A stretch of DNA of 64,000 nt from the NCBI GenBank assembly GCA_964581085.1, contig CAZOMP010000006.1, positions 85,189-149,188 on the forward strand, given 5' to 3'. Under the pieces are notes generated by a model. The model was not told the origin of the DNA. It was given only the letters and a program-made list of their open reading frames with translations, and made no database searches. Within the stretch, counting starts at the first letter, position 1. Every line of letters starts with the position of its first letter. Positions 31,164 through 42,504 of this stretch are shown one piece after another. This DNA is from an uncultured Gaiellales bacterium. Its GTDB lineage: Bacteria; Actinomycetota; Thermoleophilia; Gaiellales; Gaiellaceae. A program made the translations under genes and the position numbers.

Positions 31164-33677
31164 CTACGCTGCGTGCTCGGCCGGTGTCGCGTCGGCCACA
31201 GGCTCGGCCGGCGTGACGGCGACGACCTCCGCAGTCGGTGCGTCGGGCGCCACGGCGCCGTCGGTGGCGACGGTCCCTTCCGGGAGAGCATCCGTGGCCT
31301 CGGCGGGACGCCGCTTCTTGCGCCGCCGCCGCGACTTGCGCGCCGGAGTCTTCGGCGCCGGGAGGTTGTCGGCGAGAGCAGCCGCGATCTCCGTGATCTC
31401 CCCGAGCTCCTCGCGGGCCGCGTCGAGCAACGAGTTCGCGCGCGGCGTGTAGCCGTCCGCTGAGGCGAGCAGCGCAGCGCCGACTGCGAGCGGCAGCGCC
31501 CTGGCCACCTGGACGAGCTTCGCGACGTTGTCCTCGTGGCGGTGGCCACGCGAGTTGGCGACCGCGCCGAGCAGGCGCTTGGCCTCGGGGAACTCGGCGC
31601 TCGCCCGGCGGTCCTGTACCTTGCGCGTCGCCCGCGCCAGCCGCCACGTCCAGCGGGCGAGGATCTGCTCCGGGGCCTGCGCCTTGCTCTCGCCGATCGC
31701 GCGCAGGAGGATCCGCACGCCGGCAGCCCTGTCCTTCTCCCACGGCGGTGCCTGCGACACGAGCGTGACGAGATCGTCGAAATCCGCCCGCTCGACCGGC
31801 GTAGCGACGCGGTCGGCGAGAGCGGTCATCCGCAGGCGCCGGTTGGGGTTCTCGGCAGCACACGCGGCGAGGAACGTCTCGAGGGCGCCCTTGCCGGCAC
31901 GGCCCTCGGTGAACTTGCGCGCGAAGTCCGCCCGCTGGTCGAACCGGATCTGGCGGCCGGCGATCGTGGCCCAGAAGCGCTGCTCGTCGTCGTCCAGGAA
32001 CTTCGGGTCGACGCGCTGCCACTCTCGCTGGATCACGGCGAGCCGACGTGCGACATCGGGCGTCACCGGCACGAGCCACGGCGCCGGTGAGAGCTGACGG
32101 CGGGCGCGACGCTGCTGACGGCGGCGTGGAGCGGGTGTGACACGCGCGCCTTCGCGGTAGAAGTCCGCATCGAGCAGCGAGTGGAGCGAGACGACCCGGT
32201 CGTTGTGGGTCGAACCCTTGGTGACGAAGTCGACGACGATGCCGGCTTCCTTGCGGGAGTGCATCCGCATGATCCGGCCGATCCGCTGCTGGTAGACCCG
32301 CCGAGAGGCGGTCGGGGCGAGGTGGAAGCAGACGGTGGCACGCGGGGAGTTCCAGCCCTCGGCGAGCAGCTGGGCGTTGATGAGGACGTTGATCTCGCCG
32401 CGCTCGTACGCGGCGAGCGTCTCCGCCAGCTTCACCGGCGGCGTCTTGCCCGAGACCGCCTCGGCCCGGAGGCCGGCAGCACGGAACTCCTGCGCGAGGT
32501 TGTAGGCGTGCTCGACACCGGCCGCATAGACGATCCCCGGCGTCGAGCCGAAGCGGTCCCGGTAGAGGCTCGCGGCCGCCTGGTTGAGAGCGGCATGGTC
32601 GAGCGCGGCCGCCAAGGCGCGCTCCTCGAAGTCGCCTCCGACGATCGGCACCGAGTTGATCGCCGCCGCGGGCGGCACCCGCAGGCAGCGCAGCGGCGCG
32701 ATCAGGCCGCGCCGCGCCGCGTCGGCCAGCGGGAGGTCGTCGACCGAGGCCGGGAAGACATCCGAGACCTGCTTTGCGATCAGCTGCTCGGTTGCCGTCA
32801 TGCCGATGTAGACCGGGTCGCTGAAGGAGCGGATGGCGGCGCTCGTCTTCTCGCCGAGGGCGGTGTGCGCCTCGTCGCAGATGACGAGCTGGTAGGCGGT
32901 GCGCGAGAGCTCTCCGGCGTGGCGGGCGAACCAGGCATAGGTCTGGATCGTGATCGGGTCGTCGCGCAGCGGCTCCTTGCCCGCCTCGACGGCCTCGCAG
33001 AACCGCTCGCCGTAGCCCTCCGTGGTGAGGTCACGCTGGAACTGGGAGACGAGCAGGCGGCGGTGCGTGAGGATCAGGACGCCGAGATGCCGGGCGGCCT
33101 CCACGAACCCGGCGGCGGCGATCGTCTTGCCGGACGCGGTCGGGTGGCGGAAGCGGTAACGGCGCGAGGCGCCGGGGTCGGCGCCCGTGTAGCGAGACTC
33201 CTCGTCCTCGTCGTCCTCCTCGTCGAGGATGCCCGCGTCGAAGTCGTCGTCCTCCTCGTCTGCCTCGGGATCGACGGCGTCGGGGGCCGCATGACCGTTT
33301 CCGTTCCCGTTCCCGTCCTCCGCCTCGCGCTGATTCGATGCGATCAGCTCGGTCAGCATCCCGGCCAGCGCGTCCACCTGATGCCGACGCAGGTCCGTCC
33401 CGGCAGCGGTCGCAGGCGTCGCCGAGGCGAGCACCCGTTCGAGGCCCAGCATGAGGCCGTAGCGAACGCGCCAGCGGTTCGACGGCACCCGGCGGCCCTC
33501 GTCGAGCTCGACCAGCGCGTCGTCGAGCGCGGAGCGGCGCGCCGTACCGGGCGCGAGCGCGACCGCGGCATCCTCGCCCGCGTGGAGGAACGGCTCGCCG
33601 TACCAGGATCCGGCCCGGAGCGCCGCAGCTTCAAGACCCTCTGCCGGCTCCGACGGTGTTGTCGGGTTGGTTGTCAC
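31164..33677 (-). CDS. SF2 DEAH/ResIII-like helicase with long helical C-terminus (start approximate)
   Basis: PTASGKT, DEAH, MTAT, LAEGWN, QRIGRIMR. Confidence 0.85.
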   Translation of the reverse strand: MTTNPTTPSEPAEGLEAAALRAGSWYGEPFLHAGEDAAVALAPGTARRSALDDALVELDEGRRVPSNRWRVRYGLMLGLERVLASATPATAAGTDLRRHQVDALAGMLTELIASNQREAEDGNGNGNGHAAPDAVDPEADEEDDDFDAGILDEEDDEDEESRYTGADPGASRRYRFRHPTASGKTIAAAGFVEAARHLGVLILTHRRLLVSQFQRDLTTEGYGERFCEAVEAGKEPLRDDPITIQTYAWFARHAGELSRTAYQLVICDEAHTALGEKTSAAIRSFSDPVYIGMTATEQLIAKQVSDVFPASVDDLPLADAARRGLIAPLRCLRVPPAAAINSVPIVGGDFEERALAAALDHAALNQAAASLYRDRFGSTPGIVYAAGVEHAYNLAQEFRAAGLRAEAVSGKTPPVKLAETLAAYERGEINVLINAQLLAEGWNSPRATVCFHLAPTASRRVYQQRIGRIMRMHSRKEAGIVVDFVTKGSTHNDRVVSLHSLLDADFYREGARVTPAPRRRQQRRARRQLSPAPWLVPVTPDVARRLAVIQREWQRVDPKFLDDDEQRFWATIAGRQIRFDQRADFARKFTEGRAGKGALETFLAACAAENPNRRLRMTALADRVATPVERADFDDLVTLVSQAPPWEKDRAAGVRILLRAIGESKAQAPEQILARWTWRLARATRKVQDRRASAEFPEAKRLLGAVANSRGHRHEDNVAKLVQVARALPLAVGAALLASADGYTPRANSLLDAAREELGEITEIAAALADNLPAPKTPARKSRRRRKKRRPAEATDALPEGTVATDGAVAPDAPTAEVVAVTPAEPVADATPAEHAA

Positions 33678-33816
33678 GTAAATGCATGTGCGCAGCACGC
33701 ACGGTGCGTTGCTGCTGCGAGAGAAATCGGCGCGCTCCCCGTATTCGCATAGGTCGAGCTGCGCTGGGGAAAGCCTACCGCAAATCCCCCACCTGCGGGG
33801 AGGTATTTCGGGACGA

Positions 33817-35802
33817 TCAGGCTGCCTGGTAGGACGCGAGCGGCCCGCCCAGCACCCGCTCGGACGTCCCCGTCCAGTCGAGATAGCGGGTCAGGCCGCC
33901 GTGGTAGAACGGGAAGCCGGCACCGAGGATGAGGCAGGCGTCGATCTCTGCCGCCGACGGGACGACGCTGTCGTCGAGCAGGTGGCGGCACTCGTCGGCG
34001 AGCGCCTCGAGCAGGGCCACGTGCAGCTCGTCGACCGTCACCGGTGCGTCGGCGGTGCGCACGATGTCCATCTCGCCGGCCGCGAGGTTCTCGAGCGTCG
34101 GCGAGAGCGGAAAGCGCTCGGGGAAGGCCCCGTGGAGCGTGTGGAGCACGTGGTTTGCAACCCGCGGACCGACCATCGCGAGGAGAGCCGAGGGAGGCAT
34201 CGGCAGCCCGAGTCGAAGCGCCGCCTCGTCGGTCTCCTCGAACGTGTTCCCGTGCTCGAGCGCCTGCATCAGCACCGACGACTGCCGGGTGAGCAGACGG
34301 TTGACGACGAACGCCGGTGCGTCCTTCACGAGTACCCCGCGCTTGCCGAGCGTCTTGGCCACCGTCCACGCCGTCGCCAGCGTGGCGTCGTCGGTGCGTT
34401 CCGCGCGGACGAGCTCGACGAGCGGGAGGACGGCGACCGGGTTGAAGAAATGCATCCCGACGACACGCTCGGGGTGCTCGAGACGGGCTCCCATCTCCGT
34501 CACCGAGAGCGAGGACGTGTTCGTGACGAGCAAGCACTCGGGGCCGACGATCCGCTCCAGCGAGCCGAAGACCTCCTGCTTGACCGCGATCTCCTCGAAG
34601 ACCGCCTCGATCACGAGCTCGCAGCCCCTGAAACCCGAGACGTCGTCGACGCCCTCCACGATCGAGCCGAGGAAGCGCGCCTTCCCCTCGGAGAGGCGCC
34701 CGCGCGCCACCTGCTTCTCCAGGTCGGCGCGGATCGCCGCAACCGCCTCCCGTACCCGGGCCGGCTCGACGTCCGTGATCACGAGCGGTGTCTCGAGCCG
34801 GCGCAGGAACAACGTCGCGAGCTGGGTCGCCATCAGGCCGGCACCGACGACGCCGACCTTCCGGACCGGACGGGGCTTCGCGTCGGGGATCCCGACGCCC
34901 TTCTTGACACGGCGCTCGACGAGGTCGAATGCGTAGACCCCCGCCTGCGCCTGAGGACCGGGAAGCAGGTCGGCGAGCGCATCCTCCTCGGCCCGGTAGC
35001 CATCCTCCACGCTCGAGGTCGCGGTCGCGGCGATCAGCTCGAGCGCCCTGTAGGGGGCAAGCGCAACGCCGTGCACCGCGTCGTCCACGGCGAGGCGCGC
35101 CCTGGCGCAGACGTCCGCGGCGTCGGCGAGATCGACGTCCGGTCTCCGCGCGCGGTTGGTCTCGATCGCACGGACGAGCCACTCGATCGAGTCGTCGAGA
35201 AACTCGACGTCGTCGAGCACCTCGTCCATCAGCCCGAGCTCGACCGCGTCGGCGGCAGCCAGGAGCCGGTTCTGCTTCAGCGGGTTGGCGACGATCAGCT
35301 CGACCGCGGCCGCCGCGCCGACGAGTCGTGGTACGAGCGTGGTGCCGCCCCAGGCGGGCACGATGCCGAGAAACACCTCCGGGAAGCCGAGATGGCGCAC
35401 GGAGCGGGCGACGGTGCGGAAGTCGCAGTGGAGCGCGATCTCGAGGCCGCCGCCGAGCGCAACGCCGTTGACCGCGGCGAGCGTCGGGAACGGAAGCGCC
35501 CGGATGGCGCCGAACGCATCGTGGCCGGCCCGACCGCCGATCCGGGCGAGATCGGGCGACGAGGCGAGGCTGAACTCGCTCAGCTCGGCTCCCGCGGCGA
35601 AGACGAACGGCTTGCCGGTGAGCACGAGCCCGCTCCAGCTCCCGTCGTTCAGCTGCGGCACGATCGCGTTCAGCGATCCGAGCGCGGCCTGGCCGAACGT
35701 GTTCGGCTGCTGCCAGTCCTCGCCGTTGTCCATCGTCACGAGCGCCAGCGGCCCGACCCGCGTCTCGACGCGCTGGAGGTGGAACCTCGTCGGGTCAGCC
35801 AT
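33817..35802 (-). CDS. fadB: fatty acid oxidation complex alpha subunit (enoyl-CoA hydratase/3-hydroxyacyl-CoA dehydrogenase)
   Basis: GGGLEIALHCD, PAWGG, GAGLMA, EAVFE, TNTSS, HFFNP. Confidence 0.9.
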   Translation of the reverse strand: MADPTRFHLQRVETRVGPLALVTMDNGEDWQQPNTFGQAALGSLNAIVPQLNDGSWSGLVLTGKPFVFAAGAELSEFSLASSPDLARIGGRAGHDAFGAIRALPFPTLAAVNGVALGGGLEIALHCDFRTVARSVRHLGFPEVFLGIVPAWGGTTLVPRLVGAAAAVELIVANPLKQNRLLAAADAVELGLMDEVLDDVEFLDDSIEWLVRAIETNRARRPDVDLADAADVCARARLAVDDAVHGVALAPYRALELIAATATSSVEDGYRAEEDALADLLPGPQAQAGVYAFDLVERRVKKGVGIPDAKPRPVRKVGVVGAGLMATQLATLFLRRLETPLVITDVEPARVREAVAAIRADLEKQVARGRLSEGKARFLGSIVEGVDDVSGFRGCELVIEAVFEEIAVKQEVFGSLERIVGPECLLVTNTSSLSVTEMGARLEHPERVVGMHFFNPVAVLPLVELVRAERTDDATLATAWTVAKTLGKRGVLVKDAPAFVVNRLLTRQSSVLMQALEHGNTFEETDEAALRLGLPMPPSALLAMVGPRVANHVLHTLHGAFPERFPLSPTLENLAAGEMDIVRTADAPVTVDELHVALLEALADECRHLLDDSVVPSAAEIDACLILGAGFPFYHGGLTRYLDWTGTSERVLGGPLASYQAA

Positions 35803-36991
35803 GCCGTAGGTTCTCCCACAGGAGCGCCGCGCCCATGCCGAGGCCGACGCAGAGTGCGGTGAGCCCGTAGCGAACGTCGGGACGACGCCTCAGCTCGAAG
35901 GCGAGCTGCGCCAGCAGCCGGACGCCCGTCGCGGCGAGCGGATGGCCGCAGGCGATCGCGCCCCCGTTCGGGTTGAGACGCGGATCGTCGGGCGCCACGC
36001 CCATCCGCTCGCACCAGGTCAGCACCTGTACGGCAAAGGGCTCGTTGAGCTCGAAGAGGCCGATCTCGTCGAGCGTGAGCCCCGTCCGGGCGAGCACCTT
36101 CTCCGTCGCCGGGACCGGCCCGAGACCCATCAGGTGCGGCTCCACCCCTGCGTAGGCGAACGCGACGAGTCGCATCGCCGGCTCGAGCCCGAGCTCGGCC
36201 GCCACTTCCTCCGCGACGAGCAGGCCCGCAGTCGCCCCGTCGGTCAGCCCGGCCGAGTTGCCGGCCGTGACACGACCGCCCGGCCGGAACGGCGTCCGCA
36301 GCCCGGCCAGCGCCTCGAGCGTCGTCTCGGGCCGCAGGAACTCGTCGCGCGCCGCGACACGCCAGCCTTCGTCGCCGAAGACGCTGAGCGGAACGACAGT
36401 CGCCGCCATCACCCCGTCGGGGTCCTCCCAGGCGCGCGCGGCGCGGCGCTGACTCTCGAGTGCGAAGCGATCTGCGCCCTCCCTCGTCAGCTGCGGGAAC
36501 GCGTCGTGGAGGTTCTCGGCCGTCGCGCCCATCACGGCGGCGCTCTCGTCGATCAACCGCTCGCTGACGAAGCGGGGGTTGAAGTCGACCTCGGCACCCA
36601 TCGCGTGATGGCCCATGTGCTCGACGCCGCCGACGACGACAGCGTCCGCGGCCCCCATCGCGATCTCGCCGGCGCCGGCGGTCGTGGCGGTGAGGGCGCC
36701 GGCGCACATCCGGTCGACGGCGAAGCCGGGAACGCTGGGCGGCAGCCCCGCGAGTAGGGCCACGTCACGACCGAGCGTGAGCCCCTGGTCGCCGACCTGC
36801 GCCGTCGCGGCGAGGATCACGTCGCCGATCCGCTCCGGAGGCAGCTGAGGGTTGCGGCGCAACAGTTCGCGCACGGCCTTCACGGCCATGTCGTCGGCGC
36901 GTGTCTTCCAGAAGAGGCCGCCCGAGCCCGCCCTTCCGAACGGAGTCCGCACGCCGTCCACGAACACGACCTCGCGCAACTCGCGGCCCAT
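35795..36991 (-). CDS. fadA: acetyl-CoA C-acyltransferase (thiolase)
   Basis: RMCAG, NEPFA, GGAIACGHP, CVGLGMG. Confidence 0.9.
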   Translation of the reverse strand: MGRELREVVFVDGVRTPFGRAGSGGLFWKTRADDMAVKAVRELLRRNPQLPPERIGDVILAATAQVGDQGLTLGRDVALLAGLPPSVPGFAVDRMCAGALTATTAGAGEIAMGAADAVVVGGVEHMGHHAMGAEVDFNPRFVSERLIDESAAVMGATAENLHDAFPQLTREGADRFALESQRRAARAWEDPDGVMAATVVPLSVFGDEGWRVAARDEFLRPETTLEALAGLRTPFRPGGRVTAGNSAGLTDGATAGLLVAEEVAAELGLEPAMRLVAFAYAGVEPHLMGLGPVPATEKVLARTGLTLDEIGLFELNEPFAVQVLTWCERMGVAPDDPRLNPNGGAIACGHPLAATGVRLLAQLAFELRRRPDVRYGLTALCVGLGMGAALLWENLRHG

Positions 36992-37008
36992 GCGAGAAGG
37001 CTAGTGAT

Positions 37009-37389
37009 CTAGCCGCGGCGACGGGAGCGGATCATCCGGGTGCCGATCACGTCGGCGATCGCAGTCGCGATCCAGATGATGACCCCGGCCGCGACGTAGG
37101 TGCCGATGCCGCTCACCGAGACGTCGGAGACGATCAGGTTGACGATGATCAGCGAGACGATCGTCGCAGCGAGCGCGAGCAGGACTGCCAGCGAGACGGA
37201 CGGATCGCGAACGAAGACGCGCAGCGCGAAGAACATCACGATCAGGTGGACGATCCAGAAGATGATCGTCGCCTCGACGATCGCAGCGGCACCGGCCGAG
37301 AAACCACCGAGGAACGCGACCGCGAGCACGATGCCGATCGCGATCCCGATCAGGGACGACGCGATCCGGATCCCGAGACGAGCGAGCAT
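37009..37389 (-). CDS. 4-TM phage-holin-family (YvlD-like) membrane protein
   Basis: Four hydrophobic helices; TAGGGT 6 nt before ATG. Confidence 0.65.
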   Translation of the reverse strand: MLARLGIRIASSLIGIAIGIVLAVAFLGGFSAGAAAIVEATIIFWIVHLIVMFFALRVFVRDPSVSLAVLLALAATIVSLIIVNLIVSDVSVSGIGTYVAAGVIIWIATAIADVIGTRMIRSRRRG

Positions 37390-37398
37390 GGGCCGACC

Positions 37399-39414
37399 CT
37401 ACACCGTCGTCGGTTCGGGCGCCACGGCCGCCGTCCCGTTGAGCTGGCGCCGCCAGCCGGCGAGGATCCGATGCACGGCTGCCGCACCGACGATCGGTTC
37501 GTCGGGAGCGAGGAGCGAGCCCGGGTGGAGGATGAACGGCCGCGTCTGGGGACCGCCGATGCCGCCGTGGAAGGAGATCAGCTCCTCGAACGCGCACCCC
37601 GTTTCGAGAGCCGGATCGTAGAAGCTCCCGATCATGATGTCCGCGACATGGCGGAAACCGTCCGTACGCAGCAGGTGCTGCGGCGCGGTCTGTGAGAAGT
37701 GCGCGAGCGGGTCCTCGCCCTCGATCCGGCCGTCGGCGAGGTAATGGGTCCCGTCGGCGCCGAGCGCGAGCGGGCCGTGCTCGGAGGAGCGCACGAGCAG
37801 CCAACCGACGTGCGGGTGGCTGCGGAGCGCCGGGATCAGGTCCGGATGGCGCTCGTTCAGCTCCTCGAGCGTGAGCCGCCGCCGCTCCTCCATCAGGTAG
37901 ACGAGCCCGAGGTTGCCCGACCCCATCACGACGACGTCCCGGTCGGAGACGTCGTTCTTGGCCTTCTTCGCCTGCTTCTGGCTGCCGCCGGTCGCCTCAC
38001 TCAGGGCATGGCCGACCATCGAGCCCTGCTCGTCACCGCCCGCCACGCCGCCGACGGAGCCTCGCGCCAACGACCGCTCCACGAGCTCGTCGAGCCCGTA
38101 GCCGTTGCGCTGCTTGAACGTGGCGCCCTGCGTCTGGCCGTGGTCCGAGAGGACGACGATCTCGTACGGACGGGCGGCGTAGCGCCGAGCGGCTGCGAGC
38201 CGGCCGAACTGCTGGTCGAGCTTGCGAAGCGCCTCGACGGTGTCGGCGCGCTCGAGCCCCGAGTGGTGGGCGACCTCGTCGTAGCTCGAGAAGGTGGCGT
38301 AGATCGCGGGACGCCCTTTCATCATGTCCTGCAGGACGCCGTAGACGATCAGGTCGCGCACGAAGACGCAGAGCGCGCCCCGCATGAGCGGGTAGATGCC
38401 GCCGCGGTGTCCGCGCGGCTCGACGGCTCGCCGGCGCTGCCGGCCCGCTGCGGAGAGCTCGAGCACGACCTCCCAGAAGAAGAGGACGAACAGTCGCGTG
38501 ACGTTGAAGCCGTTCGAGAGGAAGGCGCGGTAGCCGGGATTCGCCTGCTTCTCCTCGTCCATGCGGCTGACGGTGAGGATGACGTGGTCGGCCTCGCCGG
38601 AGAGCAGGTTGCCGCGGCTCGCGCCACCGTCCCGGAGCAGCCCGTCGCCCGCGTGCCGACGCTCCAGCTCGGCGCAGTCGGCCGGCGCCGAGCACGTCAT
38701 CGTCGTCGCGGTCTCCTTCTCGACCCAGCGAAAGGCAGGGATGTCCTCGTTCGAGCCCATCAGGATCCCGGCCTGGGAGGCGCCCGTCTGGGAGGAGAGA
38801 TCCGTCTCCCATTCCGTCAGCTGGTAGTTCTCCCTGACGAGCCACCGCGCCATGTTGGGCGCGTTGCCGTCGCGCATCGCGCGTTGCAGAACCGGGAGCG
38901 CGAGCCCGTCGATCTCGAGGAAGATGATGCCCGGCACGTCCGTCACCACGCGCTCGCCGGAACGGCGGGCGATCCGCTGGATGACGCGGATCGTGTACGC
39001 GTCGTCGTCGTTGGTGCCGAAGATCACCTCGAGCACGACCGAGACCGCGGAGGCGACGAGCGCGACGCCGAGCGCCGACCAGAACGAGTCGATCTCGAGC
39101 CGGTGATCCGTGACGGCGTCTGCGGCAAGGAGCATCAGCGCATCGGCGATCAGGACGAGCAGCAGCCCGAGCACCAGCATCAGCGGCAGCCGCAGAGCCG
39201 CGATCACCGGGGGCAGGATCGCATTGAGGATGCCGATCACGGCGGCCGAGAGCAACGCCGCGAAGAAGCCGTTGATCGCGGCACCGGGGACGATCCAGGC
39301 CGCGACGAGCAGCGAGACGGTGGCAAAGAGCCACGCGGTCAGCAGGCGGAGCGGCCCGATGTGCGGTCGGGCGGGGCCCCAGACGGGGCGCTCGCCGTAG
39401 GTGACGTCGCTCAT
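37399..39414 (-). CDS. holin-like 4-TM domain fused to an alkaline phosphatase/phosphodiesterase domain
   Basis: N-terminal TMs; EIDGL, SSQTGASQ, YDEVAHHSG, LSDHGQ, FHGG. Confidence 0.85.
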   Translation of the reverse strand: MSDVTYGERPVWGPARPHIGPLRLLTAWLFATVSLLVAAWIVPGAAINGFFAALLSAAVIGILNAILPPVIAALRLPLMLVLGLLLVLIADALMLLAADAVTDHRLEIDSFWSALGVALVASAVSVVLEVIFGTNDDDAYTIRVIQRIARRSGERVVTDVPGIIFLEIDGLALPVLQRAMRDGNAPNMARWLVRENYQLTEWETDLSSQTGASQAGILMGSNEDIPAFRWVEKETATTMTCSAPADCAELERRHAGDGLLRDGGASRGNLLSGEADHVILTVSRMDEEKQANPGYRAFLSNGFNVTRLFVLFFWEVVLELSAAGRQRRRAVEPRGHRGGIYPLMRGALCVFVRDLIVYGVLQDMMKGRPAIYATFSSYDEVAHHSGLERADTVEALRKLDQQFGRLAAARRYAARPYEIVVLSDHGQTQGATFKQRNGYGLDELVERSLARGSVGGVAGGDEQGSMVGHALSEATGGSQKQAKKAKNDVSDRDVVVMGSGNLGLVYLMEERRRLTLEELNERHPDLIPALRSHPHVGWLLVRSSEHGPLALGADGTHYLADGRIEGEDPLAHFSQTAPQHLLRTDGFRHVADIMIGSFYDPALETGCAFEELISFHGGIGGPQTRPFILHPGSLLAPDEPIVGAAAVHRILAGWRRQLNGTAAVAPEPTTV

Positions 39415-39432
39415 CGCCCGTCGCCGGGCAGG

Positions 39433-39468
39433 GACGCGCCGGGGCCGTCGAGCGGCCCCGGGCGCGTC
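39433..39468. repeat. GC-rich intergenic hairpin
   Basis: GACGCGCC-GGGGCCG / CGGCCCC-g-GGCGCGTC with a 5-nt loop. Confidence 0.6.
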
Positions 39469-39481
39469 GTGCTCGTTTCCG

Positions 39482-39985
39482 TCACGCGTCCTCGCCCGCG
39501 GCGGCAACGCCGACCGCGATGAGGTCCTTCGGATGGATCCACTCGTCGGCAAGCGCGAAGCCGCCCGCCGCGACGACAGCATCCCGGAACGGGATCGCCC
39601 AGACGTGCTCGAGCAGGAGGATCACCGCGGCGCTCCCCTCGGGGATCGCGTCGGAGATGTACCACGCCTCCTCCTCGTCGATCAGGTGACCGTCGGCGCC
39701 GGCGGCCGCACCGGCCTCGGCGCCCGCATCGACCGCCTCCTCGGTGCCGTAGCCGAAGCCGATCAGAGCGCCGGCGATGGCGCCGAACTCTTCCGCCTCG
39801 TCCAGGCTGAGATCGCTCGCCTGGAGCTGCGTCACGTTCCCCTCGTCGTCCTTGTGGACGAGGAGCCCGTCCACGATCCGGATGAACTCCTTCTTGCGGA
39901 GCTCATCGAGCTCCGCCGCGATCTTGCCCGTGAAGTTCGGCTCCGCGAAGCCGAGCACGAGCAGCTGTACAGGGCCCATGGCCAT
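39482..39985 (-). CDS. DUF6325/DUF1269-like protein
   Basis: MGPVQLLVLGF..FTGKI, IRIVD, LLEHVWA. Confidence 0.75.
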   Translation of the reverse strand: MAMGPVQLLVLGFAEPNFTGKIAAELDELRKKEFIRIVDGLLVHKDDEGNVTQLQASDLSLDEAEEFGAIAGALIGFGYGTEEAVDAGAEAGAAAGADGHLIDEEEAWYISDAIPEGSAAVILLLEHVWAIPFRDAVVAAGGFALADEWIHPKDLIAVGVAAAGEDA

Positions 39986-40006
39986 GGTCTTCAGTCTCCT
40001 CTCAGC

Positions 40007-40321
40007 TCACGCGCCGGCGAGCAGCTTCTGCTTTTGCAGGTCGAACTCGGCCTGGGTCAGGATTCCCTGATCGAGCAGCGACTTCAGGTTCGTCAGCTGC
40101 GCGACCATGTCGTCGCTGCCCGCACCGGACGGAGCTGCGGGGGCGGGGGCAGGCGGCGGGGCGGACGGGGCCTGCTGCTGCGCGTACTGCTGCTGCTGCA
40201 GGTCGGCGATCGCCGCGTTCTGTTCCTGCTCCTGGTAGGCCCGCTCGGACCCCTTCTTGCCCGCGTAGTACGCGGCGCCGCCGACGACGGCGGCCCGTGC
40301 GAGCGGCCTTCTTCGCATCAT
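40007..40321 (-). CDS. SHOCT domain protein
   Basis: QLTNLKSLLDQGILTQAEFDLQKQKLL after a Q/P-rich linker; RBS GAGGAGG. Confidence 0.85.
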   Translation of the reverse strand: MMRRRPLARAAVVGGAAYYAGKKGSERAYQEQEQNAAIADLQQQQYAQQQAPSAPPPAPAPAAPSGAGSDDMVAQLTNLKSLLDQGILTQAEFDLQKQKLLAGA

Positions 40322-40452
40322 CTCGGTCTACCTCCTCTTCGTCTTCCGATCGGCCCACGGAAGTCACCGCGGACGCCCAGAGCCTAGCGATCCCGGGCCG
40401 TTCCGTCACCGGTGCGCAACCGGGTTCCCTCGATCGTGTAGTGGTGTAGCCC

Positions 40453-40989
40453 ATGCTCCCCTACCCGGACCCACCCCTCGCCGGGGCAGGCTTCGTGCTG
40501 CGACCGTTCCGTGCCGCCGACGCCTCGGCCGCTCGAGCGCTCGAGCAGGACGAGGCTGCCGCTCGCTGGGTGCCGCCGCTGCCGGCATCGGACGGCGAGG
40601 GTGCCGTTGCCTTCTACGAGGCCTGCCGCGAGACAGACGAGCTGCTCCACCTCGTGATCGCCGCGAGCGACGACGAATATCTGGGCGAGGTGATGGTGGC
40701 ACTCGGAGAGCAGGGGGTCGGCGAGCTGGGCTGCGCGCTCCTGCCGCAGGCGCGCGGACGGGGGATCGCTGCGGCGGCGCTCGGGGTGCTGACCGAATGG
40801 GCGCTCGACGTCGGCGGGCTTGCGCTGGGACGGGCGCAGGTCTTCGTTGCGACGGAGAACCGCGCCGCGCTGCGGCTGGCCGAGCGGGCGGGCTACCGGC
40901 GGGAGGGCGTGTTGCGGGCCTACTGGGACGGGGAGGACGGCCGCACCGACGTGATCGTCCTCTCGCGACTCCCGCGCGACGCAGGCTAG
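40453..40989 (+). CDS. GNAT (RimJ/RimL-like) N-acetyltransferase
   Basis: ARGRGIA, ENRAALRLAERAGYRREGVLR. Confidence 0.88.
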   Translation: MLPYPDPPLAGAGFVLRPFRAADASAARALEQDEAAARWVPPLPASDGEGAVAFYEACRETDELLHLVIAASDDEYLGEVMVALGEQGVGELGCALLPQARGRGIAAAALGVLTEWALDVGGLALGRAQVFVATENRAALRLAERAGYRREGVLRAYWDGEDGRTDVIVLSRLPRDAG

Positions 40990-41261
40990 CTCGCGTAACG
41001 CGCGCGGGCCGAGCGGGCCGAGTACGTCGCCACGTCGGCCACGAACCCGAGCGCGACGAGCAACCAGCCCAGGCCCGAGACGCCGTCGAGCGGCCCCCAG
41101 GCGACGACGTAGGCGAGCGTCGTCCACGGCAGGAAGAGCAACCCGAGCAGCGGCAGCAGGAAGGTCGAGAAGGCAGCGTCCGGCTTCGAGCCGAAGATCC
41201 ACCAGACGAGCAGCGCAAAGCGGGGGCCGATGAAGGCAGCGCCGAAGGCGAGGCAGCACAT
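40986..41261 (-). CDS. small membrane protein
   Basis: MCCL...PRFALLVWWIF...LLFLPWTTLAY; TATGTT 7 nt before ATG. Confidence 0.7.
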   Translation of the reverse strand: MCCLAFGAAFIGPRFALLVWWIFGSKPDAAFSTFLLPLLGLLFLPWTTLAYVVAWGPLDGVSGLGWLLVALGFVADVATYSARSARARYAS

Positions 41262-41319
41262 GCGCGCGAACATACAGCCCGCGGTGAGCCCGTGCAACCG
41301 GCGAGCACCTGGAGTCCTG

Positions 41320-42500
<1,181 letters not shown>

Positions 42501-42504
<4 letters not shown>

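Noticed and set aside
33770..33812. Imperfect hairpin after fadB as terminator or REP element
   Set aside because: Weak mismatched stem with a single copy in the window
37009..39414. Prophage suggested by holin-family domains
   Set aside because: No endolysin, structural, terminase or integrase genes; this 4-TM family is common in chromosomes
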